Origin: Thermoproteus tenax Kra 1
GTDB lineage: Archaea; Thermoproteota; Thermoprotei; Thermoproteales; Thermoproteaceae
Assembly: GCF_000253055.1 (NCBI RefSeq)
Contig: NC_016070.1
Location: 420,001-452,000 of the forward strand
Reading direction: 5' to 3'
DNA length: 32,000 nucleotides
Shown: positions 17,520 to 27,767 of the stretch, one piece after another
Layout of the letters: each line of letters starts with the position of its first letter
How positions within the stretch are numbered: position 1 is the stretch's first letter
Program-made: the position numbers and the translations under genes
Notes under the pieces: generated by a model
What the model saw: the letters and a program-made list of their open reading frames with translations, nothing else
Databases searched by the model: none
Told to the model about the DNA's origin: nothing

Positions 17520-18476
17520 GTGATCGCGCGGGTCGTAGTCCTCGGGCTTGCCCTGTTGGCGATAGCTGCGTGGGCGACTACGATAGTCGTCACCTTCCCC
17601 GCCTACGATCTATACCTCAAGGAGGCGTTCCCTCAAGCCAACGTTGTGTTGTTGACTAAGGGCGTGTCCGACCCCCACGAATATCAGCTGACCCCCAGCG
17701 ATGTGCAAATGCTCTTATCTCTGGGGCCCAACGATGTCATCGTCACGTCTCTACACGCACAGTTCGAGCTCAGAATATTGCAGATGGCACAATCCGGCGA
17801 GATCAAGGCCAAGGTCGTTGTGGTTCCCCAGATCGCCCAGTATCTCACTTTCGACGGACGGCTCGTCCGGGGTAATTGGAGCGAGGGGGGCGTCAACGAG
17901 CACGAGCACGGCCTTTATGTCCCCAACGCCATACGTATAATCGAGGCTGTGGCCAACGCAACTGGGCTGTCGCCCAACCAGACCTACCTGGAACAGCTCT
18001 TGGAGCTCAACAGGACCTACTGTTGTAAATTCAGCGGGAGGGCGGTCGCCGTGACGCCCGCAGCCGAGTATATACTCTACTGGCTAGGCTATAGAGATAT
18101 TGTAGTATTGATAAAAGAGGAGGGGGTGCCGCCCACTCCGCAAGATCTTCAGAGGGCGGCTGAGTACATGGAGGAGGGAGCCCCCGCTTTAGCCGTTGGA
18201 GTAAGCGGCGAGACTCTTAGGATCGCCCAGAGCCTTGAGGACAAACTGAGGGAGATGGGAGTCTCCAACCCCCACATAATCACCGCTGTGTTTAACGGTA
18301 GCTATATTGGGACTATGGAGCAAGTGGTCGAGCAAATATCTCAACGGACGCAGACGGCTCAGCCGGCGCAGGCGGGATCGGCGCCAGGCTATCTACTGCT
18401 CATTATCGCTGTAACGGTAGCTGTGGCGGCTGCGGCGATAGCCGTATTTAAGTTCAGACGGGCCTCTGTGCACTGA
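17520..18476 (+). CDS. Zn/Mn-type ABC transporter substrate-binding protein (ZnuA-like)
   Basis: 'VVTFPAYDLYLKEAFPQANVVLLTKGVSDPHEYQLTPSDVQML' and His-containing 'NEHEHGLY' are typical of cluster A-I metal SBPs. C-terminal TM. The track start is TTG 17502; GTG 17520 is ~25 nt from the TATA-like element. Confidence 0.85.
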   Translation: MIARVVVLGLALLAIAAWATTIVVTFPAYDLYLKEAFPQANVVLLTKGVSDPHEYQLTPSDVQMLLSLGPNDVIVTSLHAQFELRILQMAQSGEIKAKVVVVPQIAQYLTFDGRLVRGNWSEGGVNEHEHGLYVPNAIRIIEAVANATGLSPNQTYLEQLLELNRTYCCKFSGRAVAVTPAAEYILYWLGYRDIVVLIKEEGVPPTPQDLQRAAEYMEEGAPALAVGVSGETLRIAQSLEDKLREMGVSNPHIITAVFNGSYIGTMEQVVEQISQRTQTAQPAQAGSAPGYLLLIIAVTVAVAAAAIAVFKFRRASVH

Positions 18477-18515
18477 GCCGCGAAAATCTCGTCGATTTTT
18501 TCAAAGCTTCGTGCA
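18468..18515. promoter_or_regulatory. Paired GTGCA(C) elements upstream of the ATPase gene
   Basis: GTGCAC at 18468-18473 and GTGCA at 18511-18515, again 43-nt start-to-start. The second abuts TTTTTATAG. Confidence 0.4.
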
Positions 18516-18543
18516 TTTTTATAGTCGAGGGGGATACTCCTCC

Positions 18544-19269
18544 ATGTTGACCGTGGAGGGGCTTGAAGTCAGACTGGGGAGTAAAGTCGTTCTTGAGGGA
18601 GTTACATTCACAGCTGGCAGAGGGCTTCTGTTAATCGCCGGGCCCAACGGGGCGGGGAAGAGCACGTTGTTCAAGGCGGTGTTGAACTTGCTACCCTATA
18701 GGGGCAAGATCTGCGTCGACGGCGTCTGCGGGCCCGAGCGCGTGAGGCACATAGGATATGTGCCTCAGAGGATCCAGATCGAGGCGCCGGCCACAGTGTG
18801 GGAGTTCGTGTATATCCCAACGCGGCTGAGGGGGGCCAGAGATGCCGCAGAGAGGGCGAGGGAGGCCTTGAAGCTCGCCGGCATTTCCGAGCTGAGGGAT
18901 CGGCCCGTCGCCGCCCTTTCTGGGGGACAGCTTCAAAGGGCCGCAGTGGCGCGCGCCTTGGCCACCGGCGGTGAAGTGCTGCTTCTTGACGAGCCGCTTT
19001 CCAATATAGATCCTCAAGGCAGAATAGAGATCTTGTCGTTGTTGAGCGAACTGAAGAGGGAGAGAGTCGTCCTAATGACGTCCCACGAACTCACGCTTCC
19101 GTCGGACCTCGCCGATAGAGTCCTCCTCTTAAATAGGAGGGTTGTTGCGTTCGGAGCCCCGGGGGAGGTGCTCAGAGAGGAGGTATTGAGGAGGATATAC
19201 AGATATGTGAGAATAGCCAGAACTCCAGAGGGCCTCGTCTGCGCCACTGAGGACTATGGGGCGCATTGA
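18544..19269 (+). CDS. Metal ABC transporter ATPase (ZnuC-like)
   Basis: Walker A 'GPNGAGKSTLFKAVL', signature 'LSGGQLQRAAVARAL', Walker B 'VLLLDEPLSNIDPQ'. The true start is probably ATG 18544 (TATA 24 nt upstream) rather than 18511. Confidence 0.9.
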   Translation: MLTVEGLEVRLGSKVVLEGVTFTAGRGLLLIAGPNGAGKSTLFKAVLNLLPYRGKICVDGVCGPERVRHIGYVPQRIQIEAPATVWEFVYIPTRLRGARDAAERAREALKLAGISELRDRPVAALSGGQLQRAAVARALATGGEVLLLDEPLSNIDPQGRIEILSLLSELKRERVVLMTSHELTLPSDLADRVLLLNRRVVAFGAPGEVLREEVLRRIYRYVRIARTPEGLVCATEDYGAH

Positions 19270-20137
19270 GCCTATTGCGGCAGCTATGGCCGCCGCCGCG
19301 TTGCTCCATGCCTACATAGCGGCGAGGATCTTCCTCTGGCCGCTCGCGGCGTTGTTGCTCACCTCGGCTGCGCTGTCCGCTCTAAGCCCCATGGCGGTCA
19401 ATAGGCGGATGACCTTCCTGGCCCACGCCCAGAGCCACTCCATCTTGACTGCGTCTTTGTCGGCTGCGGTCACCACAGCCCTCTTGAAGATATCGTGGTT
19501 CTCCCCCTACTTCACGTTGGTCGTGATAGCGTATACGATCGCCTTGAACCTCCTCGTGCTCTTAGTGGCCCGCTCGGGTTTCAAGGAGGACGTAGCCACC
19601 GGCATAGTGATGTCGTTCCAACTGGCCGCCACAATATTCTTGATATACGTCCTGAGGTCTCTCGTGTCCACCTCTCTCGACCCTCTGGCCCTCTTCACAG
19701 GCGAGTATCTGTTGATAACGTCCTCCGATGTAATCCAACTGGCGCCGGTCCTAGCCGCTACATCGCTCTTCGTAGCGTTGGCTGGAGTGCCCTTCCTCTA
19801 TATCGCCCTCGACCGCGAGTATGCCTCGTCCTTGGGCTTGAGGCCGACTTTGTACGAAGTCCTCTTCATAATAGCCATGTCCTCGGCGGCGGCCGTGAGC
19901 GTCAACGTCATGGGGGCGTTGATACCTGCCGTAGTTCTGGTCGTGCCGGGCGCAGCTGCAGCGAAGACGACGCAAAGTTTAGTGAGACAGATCCCCACTG
20001 CTTCATCTTACGGCGTCATCTCCGCCTCTGTGTCGCACTTCATATACGCCGAGCTCCCTTGGATGTGGCCCAACGTGGCGGTAGCGCTGGTCTTATTGGC
20101 GATCCTTCTGTATAGCATAAGGCCGTTAACGCGTTAA
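19256..20137 (+). CDS. Metal ABC transporter permease (ZnuB-like)
   Basis: Multi-TM protein overlapping the ATPase gene; 'FLAHAQSHSILTASLSAAVTTALLKI', 'VNVMGALIPAVVLVVPGAAAAKTTQS'. Confidence 0.85.
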   Translation: MGRIEPIAAAMAAAALLHAYIAARIFLWPLAALLLTSAALSALSPMAVNRRMTFLAHAQSHSILTASLSAAVTTALLKISWFSPYFTLVVIAYTIALNLLVLLVARSGFKEDVATGIVMSFQLAATIFLIYVLRSLVSTSLDPLALFTGEYLLITSSDVIQLAPVLAATSLFVALAGVPFLYIALDREYASSLGLRPTLYEVLFIIAMSSAAAVSVNVMGALIPAVVLVVPGAAAAKTTQSLVRQIPTASSYGVISASVSHFIYAELPWMWPNVAVALVLLAILLYSIRPLTR

Positions 20138-20190
20138 AGAATAGGCATTTGCCATAAAGAAATATTATATATTGCACTATAGAGGAGGTC

Positions 20191-22830
20191 ATGCCTTATG
20201 TAAAGGCAGAGGCGAAGCTCTCAGTAGGCCCCCGCACCTATAAGATCTACAAGCTGAGGGCTCTGGAGGCCGAGGGATATGACGTATCTAGACTGCCTTA
20301 CAGCATAAGGGTGCTTCTGGAGAACGTGCTCCGCAACTACGACGGAAGAGATATCGCCCAAGAGCATATCGATGCGCTGGCTAGGTGGAACCCCAAGTCG
20401 CCGGAGGGAGAGGTGGCGCTGAAGGTGACGAGGGTCGTTATGCAAGACTACACAGGGGTTCCAGCCGTAGTGGACTTGGCCACTATGAGGGAGATAGCCG
20501 CTAAATCGGGGCGGGACCCCAGTGTAGTCAACCCCAGAGTCCCCGTGGACCTTATCATAGACCACTCAGTCCAAGTGGACCACTGGGCATCCCCCCAGGC
20601 CCTCTCTTTGAACATCCGGCTCGAGATAGAGAGGAATAGAGAGAGGTATGTCTTCCTGAAGTGGGCCCAGAGCGCCTTCAAGAACCTCCGCGTATTCCCG
20701 CCGGGCACCGGCATAATACACCAGGTAAACTTGGAGTATTTGGCCAGAGTGGTGTGGACTGAGGGCGATACGGCCTTCTTCGAGACTCTCGTGGGGATGG
20801 ACAGCCACACTACGATGATAAACGGCCTCGGTGTCGTGGGGTGGGGAGTAGGGGGCGTAGAGGCCGAGGCAGCGATGCTCGGAGAGCCCATAACCATAAG
20901 AGTGCCGAGGGTGGTGGGAGTGAGGCTCTACGGCGAGCCGCGCCCCGGCGTCACTGCAACCGATATAGTCCTGGCGGTGACCGAGGCGTTGAGGAAGGTG
21001 AACGTAGTGGACGCGTTCGTAGAGTTCTTCGGCGAGGGAGTAAGGAAGCTCTCGGTGCCGGACAGAGCCACGATAGCCAACATGGCGCCCGAGTATGGAT
21101 CCACGGTGGGGCTGTTCCCCGTCGACGGCAACACTCTGGACTATCTGTCTGCCACCGGAAGACCTGAGGAGTTGATAGCCTTGGTCAAGAAATACTACGA
21201 GGAGCAGGGCGTGTTCAGAGGAGTTGAGGACGCCGAGTACAGCCAGGTGGTGGACTTCGATTTGTCTGCAGTGGAGCCGTCCGCCGCCGGTCCCACCCTC
21301 CCGTGGCAGAGGAGGTCGCTCCAAGACGTCCCCAAAAGCTTCGTCGAGTTCCTGGCACAGAGGAAGAAGAGGGACAAGAGGAAGGCCGTAGAGATAGAGA
21401 TCGGAGGGAGGAGGACGGAGTTCGGAGACGGCGATGTGGCCATAGCGGCTATAACGAGCTGCACCAACACGTCAAATCCCTATCTTTTGGTCGCGGCGGG
21501 GCTAGTGGCGAAGAAGGCCGTGGAGGCCGGCTTGTCTGTGCCGCCGTACGTCAAGACGAGCTTCGCGCCCGGCTCCCGCGCCGTGGAGGAGATCCTGAGG
21601 AGGGCAGGCTTGATGCCATATTTAGAGAAGCTGGGCTTCCACGTAGTCGCCTATGGGTGCACCACGTGTATAGGGAACTCAGGCCCTCTGCCGCAGCCCG
21701 TCTCCAAGGCCATAAAGGAGTACGACATAATGGCAGCCGCAGTGTTGTCGGGCAACCGCAACTTCGAGGGCAGAGTACACCCGGAGATAAGAGCCGCCTA
21801 CCTCGCCTCGCCTCCTCTCGTGGTGGCCTACGCCCTGGCCGGATCGGTGTTGAGGGATCTATCGAGGGAGCCCCTCGGCGTAGGGAAAGAGGGCAAGCCC
21901 GTCTATCTGAAGGACGTCTGGCCCAGCCCAGAGGAGGTCAACGAAGTCGTGGCGAGGGCCATGGATCCCAAGATCTATATAGAGAAGTATTCAAAGATAG
22001 GCGAGCTAGTCCCCGAGTGGAGCGAGCTGAAGGTTCCATCGGGGAACCTCTATCAGTGGAGATCCGACGACACCTATATACAGCCATCGCCGTTGTTCGA
22101 GGGGAGGCCGACCACCGGCGACATCATCAACGCAAGGCCGTTGTTAATCTTGGGCGACAGCATCACCACAGACCACATATCGCCCGCCGGCTCCATCCCG
22201 CCGGACAGCCCTGCGGGGAGGTACTTGGCCGAAAGAGGGGTGCAACAGAGGGACTTCAACACGTTCGGCGCCAGGAGGGGCAATTGGGAGGTTATGGTCA
22301 GAGGCACTTTCTGGAGCAAGGGCTATATCAACAAAATCGAGGGCGGCCTCGAGGGGGGATACACTGTAAAGTACCCAGAGGGGCTCAAGACCACAGTATA
22401 TGAGGCCGCCATGATGTACAAGAGGGAGGGCGTGCCCGTGGTCGTCGTTGCCGGCAAAAACTATGGCGCCGGCTCCAGCAGAGATTGGGCGGCCAAGGGG
22501 CCGAAGCTCTTGGGAGTCAAGGCCGTGATAGCAGAGAGCTTTGAAAGAATACACAGGTCTAATTTGACGATGGTGGGAATTGTGCCTATACAGCTGCCCC
22601 AAGGCGTGACAGTGGACAGCCTAAACCTCAAGGGCCCCGAGACCATCGACATAATAGGACTGGAGGATCTGGCTCCGGGGAAGGAGCTAACGTTGAGGAT
22701 ACACAGGCCAGACGGCAGGACCGACGAGCTGAGGGCCAAGGCCGCTGTCTATACGTGGGCTGAGGTCGAGTATATAAAGCACGGCGGAATTCTGCCGTAT
22801 GTGTTAAGGAAATTACTCGAAAAGAGTTGA
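20191..22830 (+). CDS. acnA: Aconitate hydratase
   Basis: 'LPYSIRVLLENVLRNYDG', 'VVMQDYTGVPAVVDLA', 'VGWGVGGVEAEAAMLG', 'AAITSCTNTSNP', 'CTTCIGNSGPL', 'AGKNYGAGSSRDWAAKG'. Confidence 0.98.
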   Translation: MPYVKAEAKLSVGPRTYKIYKLRALEAEGYDVSRLPYSIRVLLENVLRNYDGRDIAQEHIDALARWNPKSPEGEVALKVTRVVMQDYTGVPAVVDLATMREIAAKSGRDPSVVNPRVPVDLIIDHSVQVDHWASPQALSLNIRLEIERNRERYVFLKWAQSAFKNLRVFPPGTGIIHQVNLEYLARVVWTEGDTAFFETLVGMDSHTTMINGLGVVGWGVGGVEAEAAMLGEPITIRVPRVVGVRLYGEPRPGVTATDIVLAVTEALRKVNVVDAFVEFFGEGVRKLSVPDRATIANMAPEYGSTVGLFPVDGNTLDYLSATGRPEELIALVKKYYEEQGVFRGVEDAEYSQVVDFDLSAVEPSAAGPTLPWQRRSLQDVPKSFVEFLAQRKKRDKRKAVEIEIGGRRTEFGDGDVAIAAITSCTNTSNPYLLVAAGLVAKKAVEAGLSVPPYVKTSFAPGSRAVEEILRRAGLMPYLEKLGFHVVAYGCTTCIGNSGPLPQPVSKAIKEYDIMAAAVLSGNRNFEGRVHPEIRAAYLASPPLVVAYALAGSVLRDLSREPLGVGKEGKPVYLKDVWPSPEEVNEVVARAMDPKIYIEKYSKIGELVPEWSELKVPSGNLYQWRSDDTYIQPSPLFEGRPTTGDIINARPLLILGDSITTDHISPAGSIPPDSPAGRYLAERGVQQRDFNTFGARRGNWEVMVRGTFWSKGYINKIEGGLEGGYTVKYPEGLKTTVYEAAMMYKREGVPVVVVAGKNYGAGSSRDWAAKGPKLLGVKAVIAESFERIHRSNLTMVGIVPIQLPQGVTVDSLNLKGPETIDIIGLEDLAPGKELTLRIHRPDGRTDELRAKAAVYTWAEVEYIKHGGILPYVLRKLLEKS

Positions 22831-22869
22831 TTTTGTGAAACACATAAAAGGCAGTCCCCGTCCTTGACC

Positions 22870-23550
22870 ATGAGGCTTCCGATTCTGATAATAAACTTCA
22901 AGGCATACGGCGAGGCGGCCGGCAAAAGGGCCGTTGAGTTAGCCAAGGCGGCCGAGAGAGCTGCCAGAGAGCTCGGCGTAAATATCGTTGTGGCTCCCAA
23001 CCACTTGGAGCTGGGCTTGGTCTCTCAGTCCGTCGACATACCTGTCTATGCCCAGGGCGCCGATGTAGAGGCAGGAGGAGCCCACACTGCACATGTGTCG
23101 CTGGAGAACATAAAGGAGGCGGGCGGCTCAGGCGTGATATTGAACCACAGCGAGGCTCCTCTGAAGCTAAATGATCTAGCCAGACTGGTGGCCAAGGCCA
23201 AGTCCCTAGGCCTCGATGTAGTCGTGTGTGCTCCAGACCCGAGGACCAGCCTGGCGGCGGCCGCCCTGGGGCCTCACGCAGTGGCCGTGGAGCCTCCGGA
23301 GCTCATCGGCACCGGCAGAGCGGTATCGAGATACAAGCCAGAGGCCATTGTTGAGACGGTGGGCCTAGTGTCGAGGCACTTCCCCGAGGTGTCCGTGATA
23401 ACGGGCGCAGGCATAGAGTCGGGGGACGACGTGGCCGCCGCGCTGAGGCTTGGGACCAGGGGGGTCCTGTTGGCAAGCGCCGCCGTGAAGGCGAAGGACC
23501 CCTACGCCAAAATAGTTGAGCTCGCCAAGCCTCTGTCAGAGCTCCGCTGA
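22870..23550 (+). CDS. tpiA: Triosephosphate isomerase, archaeal short form
   Basis: '[32 protein letters not shown]', '[38 protein letters not shown]', '[12 protein letters not shown]'. Resembles the Thermoproteus tenax TIM from memory. Confidence 0.97.
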
Positions 23551-24723
23551 CTCCAACTGCCTCAGGACATAGCGCCTTATCTCGTCCTCGCTTGGGATAC
23601 TCTCCACTATCTTGCCGTCCTCCATGTACTTCTTGATCAAGGGCCTCCCCTCGGAGCCATCGGCGCATTTGGGCGGCGGCTCGCCCCACGGCCTCACAAC
23701 CCTCTTGAGGCCGCCGCAGTCGTAGAGCTGTTTGAAGCCGGGGAGCTTCCCCCTCTTGGTTATGGGAGTCCACGCTCCTCCCACCTTCACCTCAACTATG
23801 TCCATAGAGATGTCCACGCTGGGCGGGAAGGCTATGGATGTGCCCACGCCGAATGCATCCACTATATCGGCCAGTTCCGCCACGGCCTCCTCGTCCAGCC
23901 CTCCGCTTACGACGATCTTCACGTCCCTCCGCCCCATCAGCTCCAACGTCCAACGGACCTCCTCCACTATCCTCCTCATGTTGCCCCTCCTGCTCCCCGG
24001 CGTGTCCAAACGGACTCCCCAGAGCCTTTCGCCCAACCTCTTGACCGCGAGGACGGCCTCCTCCCTTTCGTCGAGGAAAGTGTCAGCGAGCACAATGCGG
24101 GGGACTTGGGGAGGGGCCGCGGCGTCGAACCAGACCCAAGCCTCGGTGTGGTCCCCCTTGAGCGCTCTGAAGATTATCATGAGGGCGTGGGGCATCGTGC
24201 CGACCGCCTGCTTGCCCATAAGTTCTGCGCCCAACACGCCCGCCACGCCGTCGCAGCCTCCAATGTACGCCGCTCTGTCGGCCATTGGCTGGACGGCCGG
24301 GTGGAGGACGCGCGCGCCGAAGAATAGACAGCTCTTGTCGCCGGCAGCCTTCTTAACTCTCGCCGCCTTAGTGGCAATGCTCGAGTAATGTCTCAGAATG
24401 CCCAAAACTGTGGTCTCGAACACAGCGAAGTCCACGTATCTGCCCTCTATTACCATGAGAGGTTGGTTCTCGCCGAAAAGGGTCCCCTCGGGGAGGGCGT
24501 AGACAGTAACGGGCTTGCCCTCGAGGGCGTAGAGCGCCTCCTTCAGACCGGCGAAGACGGCCCACTTATATCCCTCCGGCAGAGATGCAACGTGGAACTC
24601 GGCCCTCACCACCGCGTCGTCGAGCCCGGCGGCCTTCAGCGTCTCGACGGTCCTGATAAAATAGATGTCTGTGGCACGCCCGGAGATTATATCGTCGGCC
24701 GTAGCTATGTGGAACTTCGCCAT
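23536..24723 (-). CDS. Nicotinate phosphoribosyltransferase
   Basis: '[20 protein letters not shown]', '[11 protein letters not shown]', '[23 protein letters not shown]', '[26 protein letters not shown]', '[14 protein letters not shown]', '[10 protein letters not shown]'. Confidence 0.93.
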
Positions 24724-24874
24724 AGCCTAGAACAGAAGGGAGTTTTTGAGCATTAGTTTCCTCGCTCATTTAACTCCACAATTACAAAATTATAATTATA
24801 ATTATTGCCAATTGAACAATCTATATAAATATTATGTATCAATTAAAATAAAAATAATATATTGATATACGCCT

Positions 24875-25999
24875 ATGCAGTACAGCCCAGGTTTAGAGGG
24901 AATAATAGTAAAAGAAAGTAAAATTTGTTTAATAGACGTCGAGAACTCCAAGATATACTACAGAGGCTACGACATAGAGGAGCTCGCCGATAAATCGACC
25001 TTTGAGGAGACGGCATATCTGTTGATCTACGGCCAACTTCCGAGGGCCTCCGAGCTCGATGCGTTCAAGGAGAGGCTCGCCTCGCTGAGGCGGCCCCCCG
25101 AGCATGTGGTGAAGTTGCTCGGCCTGCTCCCCAAAAGCGCCGAGCCTATCGACGTCCTCAGAACCGCCGTCTCGGCCATGGGCATGGGCAGAAATCTGTC
25201 GGACAGATCCCCGGAGGCGGAGCTGGAGAGAGGCTTGGAGGTGATCGCGTCTATGCCCTTCATTGCCGCCAACTGGGATAGAACGAGGCGCGGGCTTGAG
25301 ATCGCGGATCCGCAGGCCGAGGGCCATGCCGAGTATTTCCTCAGAGCGCTCAAGGGGGATGCGTCCCCCAGACAGATCAAGGCGATGGACGTCATGTTGA
25401 TAATCTACGCCGAGCACGGCATGAACAACAGCGCCTTCACAGCTGTGACAGTGGCCTCGACGCTCTCCGATATGTACTCAGTGATCTCGGCAGCTATAGC
25501 GAGCCTCAAGGGCCCGCTCCACGGAGGGGCCAATATAGATGCGGCCAAAATGATAGAGGAGGTGGGAGAGCCGGGGAGAGTCCAGAGGTGGGTGGACGAG
25601 GCGCTCGCGGCGGGCAAGAGAATACCTGGCTTCGGGCACAGGCTCTACAAGAGGGGGCCCGACCCGCGCCTGAGGGTTTTGAGGCGGCTGGCCCGCGAGC
25701 TCGCCGAGGAGGCCGGCGACTATAAATACTACGAGATCGCTGAGAGGCTCGAGGAGTACGTCCACTCTAGGCTTTCTCACAAGGGGATCTACGCAAACAC
25801 TGACCTTTACGCCGCGGTCATCTTCAAATATCTGGGCCTTCCCACAGACCTCAATCTGCCGGCCTTCGCCATGTCGCGCGCAGCCGGCTGGGTGGCGCAC
25901 GCAGTGGAGTATAGAAGGAACAACAGATTGATACGCCCCACCGAGAGATACATTGGACCAGTCGGCCTTAGGTATATCCCTCTGGAGGCCCGGGGCTGA
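24875..25999 (+). CDS. gltA: Citrate synthase
   Basis: 'GLEGIIVKESKICLIDVENSKIYYRGYDIEELA', 'AEHGMNNSAFTAVTVASTLSDMYSVISAAIASLKGPLHGGAN', 'IPGFGHRLYKRGPDPR', 'NTDLYAAVIFKYLGLP'. Confidence 0.97.
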   Translation: MQYSPGLEGIIVKESKICLIDVENSKIYYRGYDIEELADKSTFEETAYLLIYGQLPRASELDAFKERLASLRRPPEHVVKLLGLLPKSAEPIDVLRTAVSAMGMGRNLSDRSPEAELERGLEVIASMPFIAANWDRTRRGLEIADPQAEGHAEYFLRALKGDASPRQIKAMDVMLIIYAEHGMNNSAFTAVTVASTLSDMYSVISAAIASLKGPLHGGANIDAAKMIEEVGEPGRVQRWVDEALAAGKRIPGFGHRLYKRGPDPRLRVLRRLARELAEEAGDYKYYEIAERLEEYVHSRLSHKGIYANTDLYAAVIFKYLGLPTDLNLPAFAMSRAAGWVAHAVEYRRNNRLIRPTERYIGPVGLRYIPLEARG

Positions 26000-26109
26000 T
26001 TATCCCGCCCTTAAGGGAGGACATAGCTCTCTCACACTTCTTGATCGTTGAAAAATTCTGTTCTGGCGCAGGCGGGAGGCCTAAATCACGCGCGTGCGTC
26101 TACGGCGGC

Positions 26110-26262
26110 TGGGGGGGCAGTGTCTCATGAGGGGGCTCTGCCCTGACTGGAGGGGGACCTGCCGCCCGGCCCCACGCCCGATGGCCCCGCGCCGGAGGTA
26201 TTTTGGATACCGATGAAGGCGTGGGCGAGGAGGAAGCCCCTAGGCGCAACAGCCTAGGGACA
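26110..26262 (+). ncRNA. Candidate structured RNA or complex 3' element in a convergent intergenic region; strand uncertain
   Basis: CCCACGCC(26171-26178)/GGCGTGGG(26218-26225) enclosing GGTAT-TTTGG-ATACC(26197-26211), followed by a perfect CCCTAGGC-GCAACA-GCCTAGGG hairpin (26238-26259). Preceded by a GGGCAG...CTGCCC / GGCGG...CCGCC region. Confidence 0.35.
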
Positions 26263-26274
26263 AGCGACAAACGG

Positions 26275-27765
26275 TTACCCCAAGGCTGTAATATTGTAGA
26301 CCCTCAGCAGAGCCGCCGTGCTGTATCCAACGTAGGCCGGTTGGGCCGAGTAGAAACAGCCGTACCTCGCCAATATGTTCCCATAGACATCGCGCAGTAT
26401 TATATCGCCCCAGTCGTTGAGCGGCCTCAGCTCGACCCACGCGGACGCAGGGTAGTTGCCCAGATAGACCGAGGTTGAGCCACAGAGGGCATAGAAGTTA
26501 TCGCCCGATATGTTTACGCCGAAAATCGGCGTCAAGCTCTGGCTGAATACGGCGTAGGTGCCGGCCCCTGTGAAGTTGGATATATAGGTCAAGGCCCCCG
26601 ATATGAGGGATCTATAGAAGACCACATAGGGAGAGCCCTGAAGCACTAGGGCGCTACTGGTCTGAGCGGCCGACTGGCCGTAGACGCTCCAGTTTGAGGG
26701 CAGAGGGCACTGGGTCTCCGTCAAATTTACGTTCTTCCACTCGATTATGGTATTGCCGTTGGGCGAGTAGGTGACTAGGGCGAAGCCCACGATATACCCC
26801 GTCGAATACACCTGCGGTATACTGAGCGGAAGCCACTGTTTCTTTTTGTTTGTTATATTGAGATATATGGAAATGTAGGGAACACTGTAGCCATAGATAT
26901 ATTTGGAGAGGTTTGCAGGGCTTCTACCGTTCACTGAGTAGTAGTATATAACCTCTAGATACGGCTTTGGGTCGTTTGGACTGCTACTAATGAAGAAGTT
27001 GACTTGCAGATAGTCGTTGCCTGTAAGCGATGCTTGCAGATAGTAGTATACCGTGAAGCTGGAGCTGGCCGGTATAGGGCTACCCAGCCATTGGGTCACG
27101 TTGACGAAGCCTGCCGCCCATCCGTTCTTGCCGTCGGTATACAATATCCCGCTTGTGACATTTGCCTCCGATTTGCCCGTTGTAATAAGGTAGAGCCACG
27201 GGCTGGAGCTGTTGAATGAAGAAATGGAGTATGAGGGGCACGTGAAGACGTAGCTGTACAAGCGCGACATCGGCAACGCCGTGAAGTTCACCAACTGGAC
27301 AGCGCTGATCCCGCCGTTTTGGAACACGGCTTGGGCGAGCACTGAGTACCTCTGCGAGGAGATCGATGTCCATGTCACCGTGGCTGGAGTCGGCACAGGC
27401 GGGCCGGAGCTCTGGTAGCTAGAGATCTCGACCGAGCCGTCCAGCGATATGGCGTAGTTAGCTGTCCCTATCTGGGACAGTCTCTGGAGGCTGGCCGACC
27501 AGCCGGTGAACTTGGGCACAAAGACGCCGACCTCATAGTACTCCGGCCAGCCGGGAACAAATTTCATTATATAGTAAGTCACATTGTAGCCGCCGGCCGG
27601 CGCCCAGTAGGCCCTCGCCAGAGGATATAGGGAAAGGTTCCCGTCCTTCATGACCGGGGGGAGCGTCGCGTTTATGGAGTACTGGGTCTCGTTGAAGAAA
27701 GCCAGAGAGGCGAAGACGGCCGTTATAGCTAAGGCAAAGAACGCTGCCAGAGCTAGAGCCCTCAC
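26275..27765 (-). CDS. Large secreted/cell-surface protein of pilus-like cassette
   Basis: N-terminal signal 'MRALALAAFFALAITAVFASLAFFN', Tyr/Ser/Asn-rich beta-type sequence, many NxS/T sequons, N-terminal motif 'QYSINATLPPVMK'. Confidence 0.7.
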   Translation of the reverse strand: MRALALAAFFALAITAVFASLAFFNETQYSINATLPPVMKDGNLSLYPLARAYWAPAGGYNVTYYIMKFVPGWPEYYEVGVFVPKFTGWSASLQRLSQIGTANYAISLDGSVEISSYQSSGPPVPTPATVTWTSISSQRYSVLAQAVFQNGGISAVQLVNFTALPMSRLYSYVFTCPSYSISSFNSSSPWLYLITTGKSEANVTSGILYTDGKNGWAAGFVNVTQWLGSPIPASSSFTVYYYLQASLTGNDYLQVNFFISSSPNDPKPYLEVIYYYSVNGRSPANLSKYIYGYSVPYISIYLNITNKKKQWLPLSIPQVYSTGYIVGFALVTYSPNGNTIIEWKNVNLTETQCPLPSNWSVYGQSAAQTSSALVLQGSPYVVFYRSLISGALTYISNFTGAGTYAVFSQSLTPIFGVNISGDNFYALCGSTSVYLGNYPASAWVELRPLNDWGDIILRDVYGNILARYGCFYSAQPAYVGYSTAALLRVYNITALG

Positions 27766-27767
27766 GG

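Noticed and set aside
20221-22843. Long ORFs opposite or out of frame within acnA (e.g. 20566..21324 -, 21303..22403 +)
   Set aside because: GC-biased shadow ORFs inside a clearly conserved aconitase frame. Their sequence is low-complexity Arg/Gly/His/Gln-rich and matches no family.
26221-26280. GAGGAGGAAGCCCC ... CGACAAACGGTTACC read as RNase P CR-I/CR-V
   Set aside because: Only loose similarity, far too close together (~30 nt), and the CR-V-like part runs into the stop codon of the minus-strand surface-protein gene.
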